From Candidatus Saccharimonadota bacterium (GTDB lineage Bacteria > Patescibacteriota > Saccharimonadia > Saccharimonadales > UBA10212): 64,000 bases of DNA. The stretch is taken from positions 173,883 to 237,882 of the forward strand of contig JACDFN010000001.1 of assembly GCA_013815775.1 (NCBI GenBank), in the 5' to 3' direction. A model generated the notes under the pieces. It saw only the letters and a list, made by a program, of their open reading frames with translations, was not told where the DNA came from and did not search any database. The position numbers and the translations under genes were made by a program. Shown piece by piece: positions 8,667 through 17,632 of the stretch; within the stretch, counting starts at the first letter, position 1, and every line of letters begins with the position of its first letter.

Positions 8667-9833
8667 TTAACTCGTGTTAATCGGTAGTCTTAACCAGAAA
8701 GTGGTTCCTTTATTGAGTTGGCTTTTGAAGCTTACATCTCCGTTCATGCGGTCTACAAGCTGTTTTACTAGATATAAACCTAGCCCTGTGCCAGTCGGGT
8801 CAACTTCTATGGCATTATCTGCTCTAGAAAACTGATAATATATTTTTCTTTGATAATTTAGCGGTATTCCTATACCACTATCCTCAATACTTATTACTAC
8901 CGAATCACCAACCACTCTTCCACCGACCGAAATTTTTCCTTTAAGCGGCGTATATTTTATAGCGTTAGTTATCAAATTGGAAAGTACTTCATGAACAGCA
9001 TTTCTATCTACCATAAGCTTTGGTACATCTTTTGGAAGAATAACGTTATAAGATAATTTTTTAGTCTTAACTTCTGAACTCACTTCAGTAAATATTTCAT
9101 TGAACACATCGGTTATTACAACGGACTGTTCGGGGGACTTATATTTATTGTGGCCAGTGTTTGAGAGGTCTAAGAGCAGATTCAGGAGTTTATTTGTATG
9201 GTCTGCAGAGGTCTTGATAGTTTCCGCAAGCTTCTTCTGGGATGATGCGAGCTCCCCCGCATAGCCATCAATTAAGAGGTGAGAATAGGTTTTTATTGCG
9301 GAAATCGGAGTACGTAGCTGATGAGATGCAAGAGTGTTAAAATTACGGCTTATCTTTTCTTGTTCATATTCTTCTGTGACATTCTGTATCATTATTACGG
9401 ACTGTTTTGTAGTAATTATGTAGCGAATTATTAACTTTAAAATAATAGTCTCGTTGGTCGATGGTTGCCACTCGTACATGGCTTTATAGGTATCGTTTGT
9501 TTGCGCTATTTTCTCTCTGGGAATATAAGGTTCCGAACGAGCATCACCAATAGGGCTAAGCTTTAGCAGATTATTTATATTTTTTCCTAGCAGCAGGATT
9601 CGCGGCTCATTCATTAAGTCGGCAAAAGCATCATTAACAAACAGAAGTTCACCGTCAAAATTAATGACCGCCACAGAGTCAACAATGTTTGACATAACTA
9701 TATCCATCCAGGCTAGTGTCTGGCGAAGTTCTGTTATTTTACTCTTATATTCGGGTACGGGGCTATTCATATCAGACGTTACTCGCTGGCTTAATAATTG
9801 CCGCAAAGCGCCAAGTCGAGTCTTTTTTTTCAC
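8667..9833 (-). CDS. PAS-domain sensor histidine kinase
   Basis: 388 aa with an H-box (LASHQLRTPISAIKTY), N-box (LSNLITNAIKYT) and G-boxes (DSGIGIP, GTGLGLYLVK). A PAS-like segment lies upstream of the H-box. The GTG start sits directly on an A8 run. Confidence 0.85.
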   Translation of the reverse strand: MKKKTRLGALRQLLSQRVTSDMNSPVPEYKSKITELRQTLAWMDIVMSNIVDSVAVINFDGELLFVNDAFADLMNEPRILLLGKNINNLLKLSPIGDARSEPYIPREKIAQTNDTYKAMYEWQPSTNETIILKLIIRYIITTKQSVIMIQNVTEEYEQEKISRNFNTLASHQLRTPISAIKTYSHLLIDGYAGELASSQKKLAETIKTSADHTNKLLNLLLDLSNTGHNKYKSPEQSVVITDVFNEIFTEVSSEVKTKKLSYNVILPKDVPKLMVDRNAVHEVLSNLITNAIKYTPLKGKISVGGRVVGDSVVISIEDSGIGIPLNYQRKIYYQFSRADNAIEVDPTGTGLGLYLVKQLVDRMNGDVSFKSQLNKGTTFWLRLPINTS

Positions 9834-10149
9834 CTCTAATGAATAACTTCATATCCTGAACTTCGCCATCACTTTTGCAAATTTTTAAAGGCAGCGGCTT
9901 GCCCAATACCCGGGATTGCTCGGTTACCACAAAGCGAGAAAAGCCTACCATGTGAGCATTCTTCATGTGTTTTGGCATGATGGTTGTTACGGATTTACCA
10001 ATCAGCTCTTTACTTTTCCAGCCATAAGCATCTTCGAACGCTTTGTTAACATATGTAAAAAATGATGCATTATCTATACAGACAACGGGCATGTCCGTAA
10101 CTGACAATATTCCTCTGACTGTAGATGGGTATTTAAACTCCGCCGTCAT
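9772..10149 (-). CDS. Stand-alone PAS domain protein (possibly the detached N-terminus of the downstream kinase)
   Basis: 125 aa with PAS-like sequence (VVCIDNASFFTYVNKAFEDAYGWKSKELIGKSV...). Its 3' end overlaps the kinase ORF by 62 nt, in a different frame, across an A8 tract. Confidence 0.65.
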   Translation of the reverse strand: MTAEFKYPSTVRGILSVTDMPVVCIDNASFFTYVNKAFEDAYGWKSKELIGKSVTTIMPKHMKNAHMVGFSRFVVTEQSRVLGKPLPLKICKSDGEVQDMKLFIRGEKKDSTWRFAAIIKPASNV

Positions 10150-10225
10150 GCGGCGACATTATATAGCATTATTACCCAATTAGGCTGTCAGGTTTTCTTG
10201 ATATTAATTTTTGTTCCATTGCAGT

Positions 10226-11416
10226 TTATTTTGACGGTAAAACCGGGAAGCTAATCGTAAAAGTAGAACCATAGTTAATCCTAGATTTGACTTGCATGCT
10301 ACCCCCATGTAGGTCCAATATTTTCTTTACCCAAAACAAGCCCAGCCCGGTACCTTCTACCGATACGGACAGCGGGTTATCTATCCGCGAAAACCTGAGA
10401 AATAATTTTTCTAAATCTTTTTTGCGTACTCCCACACCCTTATCCATAACCGAAACAGTATTTAATTTATTGGACTGCTTGAGGCCGATTGTTATTTTGC
10501 CACCTTCGTAAGAGTACTTACCGGCGTTCTCTAATAGATTTTCTAGCACCATGCGCATTAATTTTTTGTCAGCATAAGCGATTACCTTCTTGCTTGGTTT
10601 ATTAAAAATAATGCTTTGCCTGCGGACTTCGAATGTATCGAATTGATCCCGGACAACCTCCCCTATTTGCTTCGTTAAGTCATACTGCGACTTTACTAAA
10701 TGAACTTTTCCTTCATCAATTCGGGCTACTTTAAGCAAATCTTCTATTATATGTAGCTGCCGCTCGTTGCTTTCATATGCTGTGCTGAGCATACCCTTCT
10801 GCATTTTTGTTAGCTTGCCCCCAAAACCCTGTGCTAGCATCCCAATGTATTGTTTTACGGCCGTAGCGGGGGTACGAAGTTGATGAGAAGCCATTAGAAT
10901 AAACTCATCTTTAGCATCACTGAGGCTTTTAATTTTGTCATGCTGTCTAATCAAACCCTTAGTCATTTCAGATGAATCGCGTTGAAGTTGACTCTGCTGC
11001 GTAATATCTTGTATAGCGAGAAGTATAAGCTGCTTGTGATCGACTTGTCTGGCATTTAAAAGCATTGTTTTATGTCCCAAGGTGGGAAAATTGTGTGTGA
11101 TTTCATAATCAGAGAGGATCCTTTTTTTGGGAAGGATGTTTTCGAGCAGTCTTCGAAGTTCTGGAGTATCCCACTGGTTATTGCCCAGCTGGTAGATTGA
11201 TTTCTTCTCGGTGTCTTTTTTTAAAGCTTTGAATGTCTGGTAAAAGGAGTTATTTGCTGTAACTACACGTAAGTTTTTATCGAGAATAATAAATGGTTCT
11301 CTTATGGTCTCAGTAATCTCTTGATAATAGACAAGCAACTCTTGCAGGGTCGAAATACGATCCTTCTGTTTGAGTATTTTTTTCTTATCAGTATTTTGTC
11401 GAGTTAAATTTTTCAT
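10226..11416 (-). CDS. PAS-domain sensor histidine kinase
   Basis: 396 aa with an H-box (MASHQLRTPATAVKQY), N-box (LENLLENAGKYS) and G2 (GTGLGLFWVKK), plus an N-terminal PAS-like region. Confidence 0.85.
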   Translation of the reverse strand: MKNLTRQNTDKKKILKQKDRISTLQELLVYYQEITETIREPFIILDKNLRVVTANNSFYQTFKALKKDTEKKSIYQLGNNQWDTPELRRLLENILPKKRILSDYEITHNFPTLGHKTMLLNARQVDHKQLILLAIQDITQQSQLQRDSSEMTKGLIRQHDKIKSLSDAKDEFILMASHQLRTPATAVKQYIGMLAQGFGGKLTKMQKGMLSTAYESNERQLHIIEDLLKVARIDEGKVHLVKSQYDLTKQIGEVVRDQFDTFEVRRQSIIFNKPSKKVIAYADKKLMRMVLENLLENAGKYSYEGGKITIGLKQSNKLNTVSVMDKGVGVRKKDLEKLFLRFSRIDNPLSVSVEGTGLGLFWVKKILDLHGGSMQVKSRINYGSTFTISFPVLPSK

Positions 11417-11597
11417 ACTAGTGCCCGCTATTCTAAATCCCGCCCTCTCCCTAACTAACTGGCTATATTATATAACATTTATCATTTAATTGTACCATTG
11501 TTGTTACGCAGTGTCTGTGATAAATATAGCTAAAGACCTTGTTGCTCATAATTGTTAAAGCGATTGAAATCCTACCTCGGACCCAAGATATAGCGGG

Positions 11598-11606
11598 TGG
11601 TATAAT
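11598..11606 (+). promoter_or_regulatory. Extended -10 promoter element (TGGTATAAT), 7 nt upstream of the ATG at 11613
   Basis: TGnTATAAT match. The spacing places the predicted transcription start on or next to the start codon, so the mRNA may be leaderless. No SD is present. Confidence 0.4.
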
Positions 11607-11612
11607 CTGAAG

Positions 11613-12461
11613 ATGAGAAAATCTTTATCTTTTTTTACTGTGGCAGCACTGCTAACTGCTATTTTAGGTATTTCAGCCCAAACGGTGAAGGCAGCAAGGG
11701 GGCAAACTAACCCCGTAGGTAACGACATATCTTGGCCGCAGTGCGGCAAAACATTGCCCACCACACATGCCTTTGGAATCGCTGGAGTTAATGGTGGCAC
11801 GGCCGCTAAAACCAACCCTTGCTTGTCTGAACAATTGAAGTGGGCATACAGGGCGGTTGGTGGCACATCTCAGCCTCTGGCTCAGCTGTATGTAAATACT
11901 GCTAATCCAGGCGAAATTATAGGTGATATTACAACTTGGCCTACTAGTAATACCGACAAGACAGGCTTTACCACAAACAATCCATACGGCACATGCAGGG
12001 GTGATAATGACAGGGCTTGTTCCTGGCAATACGGCTGGAACCGTTCGGTAGAAGCGGTGATAGACCGCTTTGAACCGGCAGCTATTGCTGCGGGCGTTGA
12101 CTCTTCGGCTTCTTCTTATGTGTGGTGGTTGGATGTTGAAACAATGAATACTTGGCAATCTGGCTCTACGGAGTCATTAATTCGAAATAAAGCTACTCTA
12201 GAGGGGATGACAAGTTATTATCAATTGAAAGGTGTTACGGTTGGCCTGTATTCCACCGGCTATCAGTGGAATCAAATTGTAGGCAGTACCGTGAGCTCAT
12301 CTAGCAATCTAAACGGCCTGGACAGTTGGCTGGCCGGAGCGCGGAGTTTAAAGGGCGCACAGTCTAACTGCAAAAATCCGGCACTAACTACTAGTGGCAA
12401 AGTCACTTTGACGCAGTATGTTTCAGGTTCCCTCGATTACGACTATTCTTGCCCACAATAG
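11613..12461 (+). CDS. Secreted protein, possibly glycoside-hydrolase-like (GH25/DUF1906-like TIM barrel)
   Basis: 282 aa. Signal peptide MRKSLSFFTVAALLTAILGISAQTVKA. Motifs GNDISWPQCG, FGIAGVNGG...NPCL and WWLDVETMNTW resemble muramidase-like families. The family call is tentative. Confidence 0.45.
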   Translation: MRKSLSFFTVAALLTAILGISAQTVKAARGQTNPVGNDISWPQCGKTLPTTHAFGIAGVNGGTAAKTNPCLSEQLKWAYRAVGGTSQPLAQLYVNTANPGEIIGDITTWPTSNTDKTGFTTNNPYGTCRGDNDRACSWQYGWNRSVEAVIDRFEPAAIAAGVDSSASSYVWWLDVETMNTWQSGSTESLIRNKATLEGMTSYYQLKGVTVGLYSTGYQWNQIVGSTVSSSSNLNGLDSWLAGARSLKGAQSNCKNPALTTSGKVTLTQYVSGSLDYDYSCPQ

Positions 12462-12547
12462 CTTAGAACTGAAGCTTTGGTAAATTTTGTAGAAGCTCTA
12501 GCCAGTGCCCTAGAAAAATAGAAGACTCTTTTTGCTATGATTAGTTT

Positions 12548-13273
12548 ATGTTCTTTTTTCCGTTTGGCACAAGGGAGGCAAACCGCAAGCAACGCTTCGC
12601 CTACGTAACCCTTCTTCTGGCCGCGGTAAACGTGAGCGTATTTTTATATATGCTCTATCTTGGAGTCAGTTTCGGTGAAGAAAGGCTAGCAGGTTTTTTT
12701 GGCGACTACGCGGCTGTTCCGGCAGATGTCACGGACGGTACACCACTTGAAGCCGGAATTTTTACCTCCATGTTTCTTCATGCCGGTTTACTGCATCTGT
12801 TGGGTAATATGCTTTATTTCTTACCGTTCGGCGACAACGTTGAAGACCGGCTAGGGCACTTACGCTACCTTTTGTTTTACATAGCCTGCGGGCTCATCGC
12901 AACTTTGGTGTTCATTGGATTTAACGCAAATTCGACCACACCACTAGTTGGGGCCAGCGGCGCAATCGCCGGGATTTTGGGAGGTTACCTGGCGCTGCAC
13001 CCTAGGGGCACTGTTAAAGGCTTATTAATAATTGTGATTTATATCACAAAAGTTCAATTACCGGCCTTTTTGTTTATTGGCTATTGGTTTCTAACACAGC
13101 TATTCAGTACTTACGCTTCTCTAGGTGCAAACGTTGACGCCGGGGGAGTAGCATTTTTGGCACACGTAGCCGGTTTTATTGCCGGGCTTGTGCTGGCTCC
13201 ACTAATGCTGGCAACTGTTAAAAAATCTCACCCGGCCCACGAACAATCTAGCGCAGCTGCTGTTGAAGATTAA
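12548..13273 (+). CDS. Rhomboid-family intramembrane serine protease
   Basis: 241 aa, polytopic. Rhomboid motifs: HAGLLHLLGNMLYF (HxxxN), the catalytic GASGAIAGILGGY, and a downstream His (FLAHVAGF). Confidence 0.85.
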   Translation: MFFFPFGTREANRKQRFAYVTLLLAAVNVSVFLYMLYLGVSFGEERLAGFFGDYAAVPADVTDGTPLEAGIFTSMFLHAGLLHLLGNMLYFLPFGDNVEDRLGHLRYLLFYIACGLIATLVFIGFNANSTTPLVGASGAIAGILGGYLALHPRGTVKGLLIIVIYITKVQLPAFLFIGYWFLTQLFSTYASLGANVDAGGVAFLAHVAGFIAGLVLAPLMLATVKKSHPAHEQSSAAAVED

Positions 13274-13275
13274 AT

Positions 13276-13304
13276 AAAAAAAACACCCTAAACTTGAGGG
13301 TGTT
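13276..13304 (-). terminator. Intrinsic terminator for the minus-strand gene 13360-13728
   Basis: On the minus strand: AACACCC-TCAAGTTTA-GGGTGTT followed by a T run (A8 at 13276-13283 on the plus strand). A second GC-rich 11-bp hairpin, GCCCAGCCGTA...TACGGCTGGGC (13311-13346), lies inside the high-GC segment. Confidence 0.7.
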
Positions 13305-13359
13305 GCGATTGCCCAGCCGTAATTCCGTTAGGAACTACGGCTGGGCACGAAGCTGGGTG

Positions 13360-13728
13360 TTACCTGATCTTGACGAGAACGAACTTCGAGGCGACAAGGG
13401 TGTTGTCACAAATGAGGTTGAAGGTCAACCTCCCGTTCTTCTGAAGTCCCGGGGTGCTCAGCTGGCCGCCGGCAGTTGTGCCTGAGGCGATGGTGCCGAG
13501 CGCGGCGTTGAAGTTGATCTCGACGACGTTGAAGTAGCAGTACGGAGACGAACCTGTGTTGTTGGTGACCGCGTAAGACACGGTGACGTTCTGTCCAGGT
13601 GCGACGAACGAGTTCTGCGGTTCGACGGTGAGGTCGAACCCTCCACGTGCTGCCGAAGCAGATGCCGTCGAAACGGCTGCCAGGGTGATGAAAACGACGA
13701 ACAGAGCGGTGCGCTTGCGAAGGGACAT
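13360..13728 (-). CDS. Small secreted protein encoded in a high-GC insert (hypothetical)
   Basis: 122 aa. Signal peptide MSLRKRTALFVVFITLAAVSTASASAARG. GC3-rich codons; local GC is ~70% (42/60 at 13441-13500) against 38% in the flank (23/60 at 13861-13920). A GAGGGG RBS sits just upstream of the ATG. The other-frame ORFs here are typical high-GC artefacts. Confidence 0.7.
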   Translation of the reverse strand: MSLRKRTALFVVFITLAAVSTASASAARGGFDLTVEPQNSFVAPGQNVTVSYAVTNNTGSSPYCYFNVVEINFNAALGTIASGTTAGGQLSTPGLQKNGRLTFNLICDNTLVASKFVLVKIR

Positions 13729-13907
13729 TTCCCCTCACTTTCTCCCCTTACGGGGACCGTAGGACCAGGTCTTCAAACTTCTTCCCTAAGAGGTTAAACA
13801 ATAGCTAACTCCTTAGCATGGTATATATTACCATAAACACTTTAAAAAAGCAATAGTATTTGCAAGTCCAGCCAGGTCTTATAGCAAGCCATGTTAAAAT
13901 TAACTCA

Positions 13908-14372
13908 ATGGATAAACGAATAAAGCTAATCGTTACCGGGGCAATCATTTTAATAGCCGCGGGCTTTGCCTACATGCTGACCAGCAGCGACACCAAAACA
14001 GAAACTAACAGTAGTACTTCAACCAGGCCACCTAGTAGTAGCAACAAGCCGGCTCAACAAACAGGATCTGGAAGCTACGTAACTTATAAAGAGGGTATTA
14101 TCGAGCAGACCTCCGGGACGAAGGTTCTATTTTTCCATGCTCCGTGGTGTCCACAGTGTCGAGACCTGGAAGACAGCATCAACTCCGGCACTATCCCGAC
14201 AGGTGTAACAATTATAAAAGTGGACTACGACAGTATGCGTGATTTGCGAAAAAAATACGGAGTTACAATTCAGACAACCCTAGTGAGGGTTTCAGATAAT
14301 GGGGAACTGGAAAAGAAATACGTAGCCTACGACGAACCCAGTCTGGAATCACTAAAACGCAACCTTCTTTAG
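13908..14372 (+). CDS. Membrane-anchored thioredoxin-like protein (CxxC)
   Basis: TM anchor (LIVTGAIILIAAGFAYML), a Ser/Thr-rich linker, then a thioredoxin fold with WCPQC. The ORF is open from a TTG at 13860; I prefer the ATG at 13908. Confidence 0.8.
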   Translation: MDKRIKLIVTGAIILIAAGFAYMLTSSDTKTETNSSTSTRPPSSSNKPAQQTGSGSYVTYKEGIIEQTSGTKVLFFHAPWCPQCRDLEDSINSGTIPTGVTIIKVDYDSMRDLRKKYGVTIQTTLVRVSDNGELEKKYVAYDEPSLESLKRNLL

Positions 14373-15101
14373 ATGACCCTGCTAATCCTGTCTTTTATGG
14401 CCGGCGTGCTAACGGTAGCGGCGCCGTGTATTCTGCCGCTGCTGCCGGTAATTATTGGGGGGTCACTGACACCCGGAGGCAAACCGGAAAGGCAATGGCA
14501 GCGGCCGCTCATCATTACGGCCAGCCTAGCTGTTTCGGTCATTATTTTTACGTTGCTACTCAAGGCCACGACCGCACTGCTGGGACTGCCCATAGTTTTC
14601 TGGCAGGTGGTATCGGGCGTGATAGTTACTTTGCTTGGTATACATCTATTATTTCCATGGGTATGGGAGAAATTCGTAGCATCGGTGGGCATTTATTCCG
14701 GCTCTAATAAACTGCTGAGCACTTCTTACCAAAAAAGCGGTAGCGGCAGGGATATTTTGGTTGGCGCTTCGCTAGGTCCAGTATTCTCAAGCTGTAGCCC
14801 AACATATGCCTTGATTGTGGCTGCGGTTTTGCCGGTATCTTTCGCCAAGGGCCTAACCTATCTGGTTGCTTACGCCCTTGGTCTTGGGCTGATGATGCTA
14901 CTGGTGGCTTATGCAGGACAGGCTTTTGTTCGCAAACTTGGCTGGTTGAGTAACCCCGGGGGCTGGTTTAGGAAAATTATAGGCGTTTTGTTTATTGTTG
15001 TAGGTCTATCGGTTGGGTTCGGGCTGGATAAGAAAATCCAAGCATTCGTTCTAGAAAAAGGCTGGTATGACCCAATATCTAACTTAGAACGCCGCTTTTA
15101 A
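14373..15101 (+). CDS. ccdA: CcdA/DsbD-family thiol-disulfide electron transporter
   Basis: 242 aa with ~6 TM helices and Cys-containing helices (VAAPCILPLLP; FSSCSPTYAL). It starts 1 nt after the thioredoxin-like gene, the usual pairing. Confidence 0.8.
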   Translation: MTLLILSFMAGVLTVAAPCILPLLPVIIGGSLTPGGKPERQWQRPLIITASLAVSVIIFTLLLKATTALLGLPIVFWQVVSGVIVTLLGIHLLFPWVWEKFVASVGIYSGSNKLLSTSYQKSGSGRDILVGASLGPVFSSCSPTYALIVAAVLPVSFAKGLTYLVAYALGLGLMMLLVAYAGQAFVRKLGWLSNPGGWFRKIIGVLFIVVGLSVGFGLDKKIQAFVLEKGWYDPISNLERRF

Positions 15102-15145
15102 AAACTAACGGCTTAACCTCATATTTTTGTGATATAAAGTTCAGT

Positions 15146-16147
15146 ATGCTTAGAGGTGTTAACTTGGGCGGATGGCTGGTACTGGAGCGGTGGATTACAC
15201 AGTCGCTTTTTAATGGTCTCCTAGCGACTGACGAAACTGGTTTTTGCATAGAGTGCGGTGATTCCAAAAATGAAAAACTACGTAAACATCGAAAGAGCTT
15301 TATTACTGAGGCTGACTTTGAATGGCTAGCCGGTAGGGGGATTAATGCCGTCCGCATTCCCGTGTCACACTGGCTTTTTGGTAATCTGGAACCTTACGTG
15401 GGGGCGGATGATACGCTAGACCAAGCGTTTGAATGGGCTGCCAAAAATAACCTCAAAGTAATACTCGACATACATACCGCCCCAGGTTCACAAAACGGCT
15501 GGGACCACAGTGGCAAGGCCGGAAAAATCACCTGGCATAAGAGCAATCAAAACATAGAAACAAGCATAAATTTTGTCACAAGATTAGCCGAGAGGTATAA
15601 AGATGCTATTAGTCTTTGGGGCATCGAACTGCTTAATGAACCGGACGGTAGAATTCCGGAGAAAATACTAAAGGAATATTATCTAAAGTCGTATGTCGAA
15701 ATCAGGAAAATTTGTGGCGACGGGGTGCGGGTAATTATAAGCGATAGCTTTAAACCTTTTGTATGGCATGATTTTATGGCTGGGGACGAGTACAAAAATA
15801 CCGTGCTGGACTCTCATATGTACCAGTGTTTTAGGCGCCGTGACAAAAGGCTGAATTTGCAGGGCCACCTAAGCAAAGCGAAAGCGGAGTGGCGCCAACA
15901 GATAGACAAGGTGAGCCGACAAACGCCCGTTATAGTCGGCGAGTGGAGCTTGGGTCTTGACCCTTCAACTCTGAAGAACATGGAACAAAAAGATAGAAAT
16001 GCAGCCCTGAGGGAATATGCCAACGCCCAACTGATGGCATTTGCTAATGCTGAGGGTTGGTTCTTCTGGACGTATAAAACTGAAAACGAGGGCGGGTGGA
16101 ACTTTCGCCACTGCGTCGAAACGGGCCTTTTACCCCAGAAGTTTTGA
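15146..16147 (+). CDS. Glycoside hydrolase family 5 (exo-beta-1,3-glucanase-like)
   Basis: 333 aa. RGVNLGGWLVLERWITQSLF, catalytic acid in IELLNEP, and nucleophile in IVGEWSLG. I see no signal peptide. Confidence 0.8.
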   Translation: MLRGVNLGGWLVLERWITQSLFNGLLATDETGFCIECGDSKNEKLRKHRKSFITEADFEWLAGRGINAVRIPVSHWLFGNLEPYVGADDTLDQAFEWAAKNNLKVILDIHTAPGSQNGWDHSGKAGKITWHKSNQNIETSINFVTRLAERYKDAISLWGIELLNEPDGRIPEKILKEYYLKSYVEIRKICGDGVRVIISDSFKPFVWHDFMAGDEYKNTVLDSHMYQCFRRRDKRLNLQGHLSKAKAEWRQQIDKVSRQTPVIVGEWSLGLDPSTLKNMEQKDRNAALREYANAQLMAFANAEGWFFWTYKTENEGGWNFRHCVETGLLPQKF

Positions 16148-16159
16148 TAGTATAAGAAG

Positions 16160-16966
16160 ATGGTCAAATCACTAAACGGTTCAGAGTTAGCCGGATTTAT
16201 AAAGCAGCGGCACGCCGGGCAGGTTAGAGCGCTACGATCCAGGAAGGTTTATCCTAAGTTGGCAATCGTGCAGTTAAAAGATGACCCTGTAATAAATACA
16301 TATGTGCGACTCAAGAAAGGCTACGGTGCAGACATCGGGGTGGAGGTAGATGTATACACGCCCAAGGAGGTTGATGCGCCTAAACTACTTGATAAGTTAA
16401 GCAGTTCGGATGACGTTCACGGCATAATTGTGCAGCTTCCACTTCCTAATCCGGAACGAACCGATGAAATTGTAAACCTGGTAGCTCCCGACAAGGATGT
16501 CGATGCATTGGGTAAAAATGCCCTCTTTGAGCCGGCCACACCTATGGCTATATTGTGGCTTCTGGCTGGCTATAATATCAACCTAGTGGGCCAAAAGGTG
16601 CTGATAATTGGCCGGGGTAAATTAGTTGGAGGACCGCTAGAGAAGATTCTTAAAGATTCAGGCCTTAATGTTTCAGTGGCCGTAAAAGAAAGTGCCGATC
16701 TAGGTAAGCTAGTTAAGGAAGCCAACATTGTTATATCTGCAGCCAATGAGGCAGAAATTTTAACTTCGGACATGCTTGAACCCGGTCAAGTTATTGTCGA
16801 TGCCGGCGTAGCAGGTGAGGACGGTAAAACGACAGGCAACGTAAGCTCAGATGTTTATAAACGAACCGATCTTACAATTACACCCCAAAAAGGCGGTGTG
16901 GGGCCGTTGACTGTTTGTGCTCTTTTTGAAAATGTTATTCGGGCAGCCAGCGATGCGAAAGGTTAA
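16160..16966 (+). CDS. folD: Bifunctional methylenetetrahydrofolate dehydrogenase/cyclohydrolase
   Basis: 268 aa with FolD-like layout and motifs (YVRLKKGYGADIG, HGIIVQLPLP, IIGRGKLVGGPL, GGVGPLTVCALFENV). Confidence 0.85.
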   Translation: MVKSLNGSELAGFIKQRHAGQVRALRSRKVYPKLAIVQLKDDPVINTYVRLKKGYGADIGVEVDVYTPKEVDAPKLLDKLSSSDDVHGIIVQLPLPNPERTDEIVNLVAPDKDVDALGKNALFEPATPMAILWLLAGYNINLVGQKVLIIGRGKLVGGPLEKILKDSGLNVSVAVKESADLGKLVKEANIVISAANEAEILTSDMLEPGQVIVDAGVAGEDGKTTGNVSSDVYKRTDLTITPQKGGVGPLTVCALFENVIRAASDAKG

Positions 16967-17609
16967 AATTGGGGTTTTTGATTCAGGAGTTGGTGGCCTA
17001 TCGGTTGTTAGGGCAATAAAAGCTGCTCTACCTGAAGCCGAAATTATTCTAAGGAGCGACAAAGAGCATTTTCCTTATGGATCTCGCTCTACTGAAGATA
17101 TTTACGAATTCACTAAACCTATCCTGCAAGACTTAGTCACTGAAGGATGCAGCGTCATAGTAATTGCCTGTAATACAGTAACCACTAATTTCATTTCTCA
17201 ACTAAGGAAAGAATTACCGGTGCCTTTGGTCGGTATTGAACCAATGGTGAAACCGGCCGCAGAAGCCTCGAGATCTGGAGTAATTGCCGTTTGTGCTACG
17301 CTCCGTACTCTTGAGAGTAAGCGTTACTTTTGGCTTAAGGATCAATACGCCAAAGGAGTTAAGGTTCTGGAGCCAGATTGTAGCCAATGGGCAAGTATGG
17401 TTGAAAGCAACAGAGTAGACCGCGAAAAAGTCGCAAATATTATTAACGATGTTTTAGATCAGAAAGCTGATCAAATAGTACTGGGCTGTACGCATTTCCA
17501 CTGGATCCAGGAACTAATACAAGACATAGCCAAAGACCGCGCCCAAATTATCCAGCCGGAGCAAGCTGTTGTTGTCCAGCTTATTAAGGTTATCTCAAAA
17601 CAAACTTAG
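16953..17609 (+). CDS. murI: Glutamate racemase
   Basis: IGVFDSGVGGLSVV, the catalytic Cys motifs VIACNT and LGCTHF. The ORF is open from 16917; I prefer the ATG at 16953 (MRKVKIGVFDSG), which overlaps the folD end by 14 nt. Confidence 0.85.
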   Translation: MRKVKIGVFDSGVGGLSVVRAIKAALPEAEIILRSDKEHFPYGSRSTEDIYEFTKPILQDLVTEGCSVIVIACNTVTTNFISQLRKELPVPLVGIEPMVKPAAEASRSGVIAVCATLRTLESKRYFWLKDQYAKGVKVLEPDCSQWASMVESNRVDREKVANIINDVLDQKADQIVLGCTHFHWIQELIQDIAKDRAQIIQPEQAVVVQLIKVISKQT

Positions 17610-17632
17610 TAAAGGCGCTTGTTTTTAATGGT

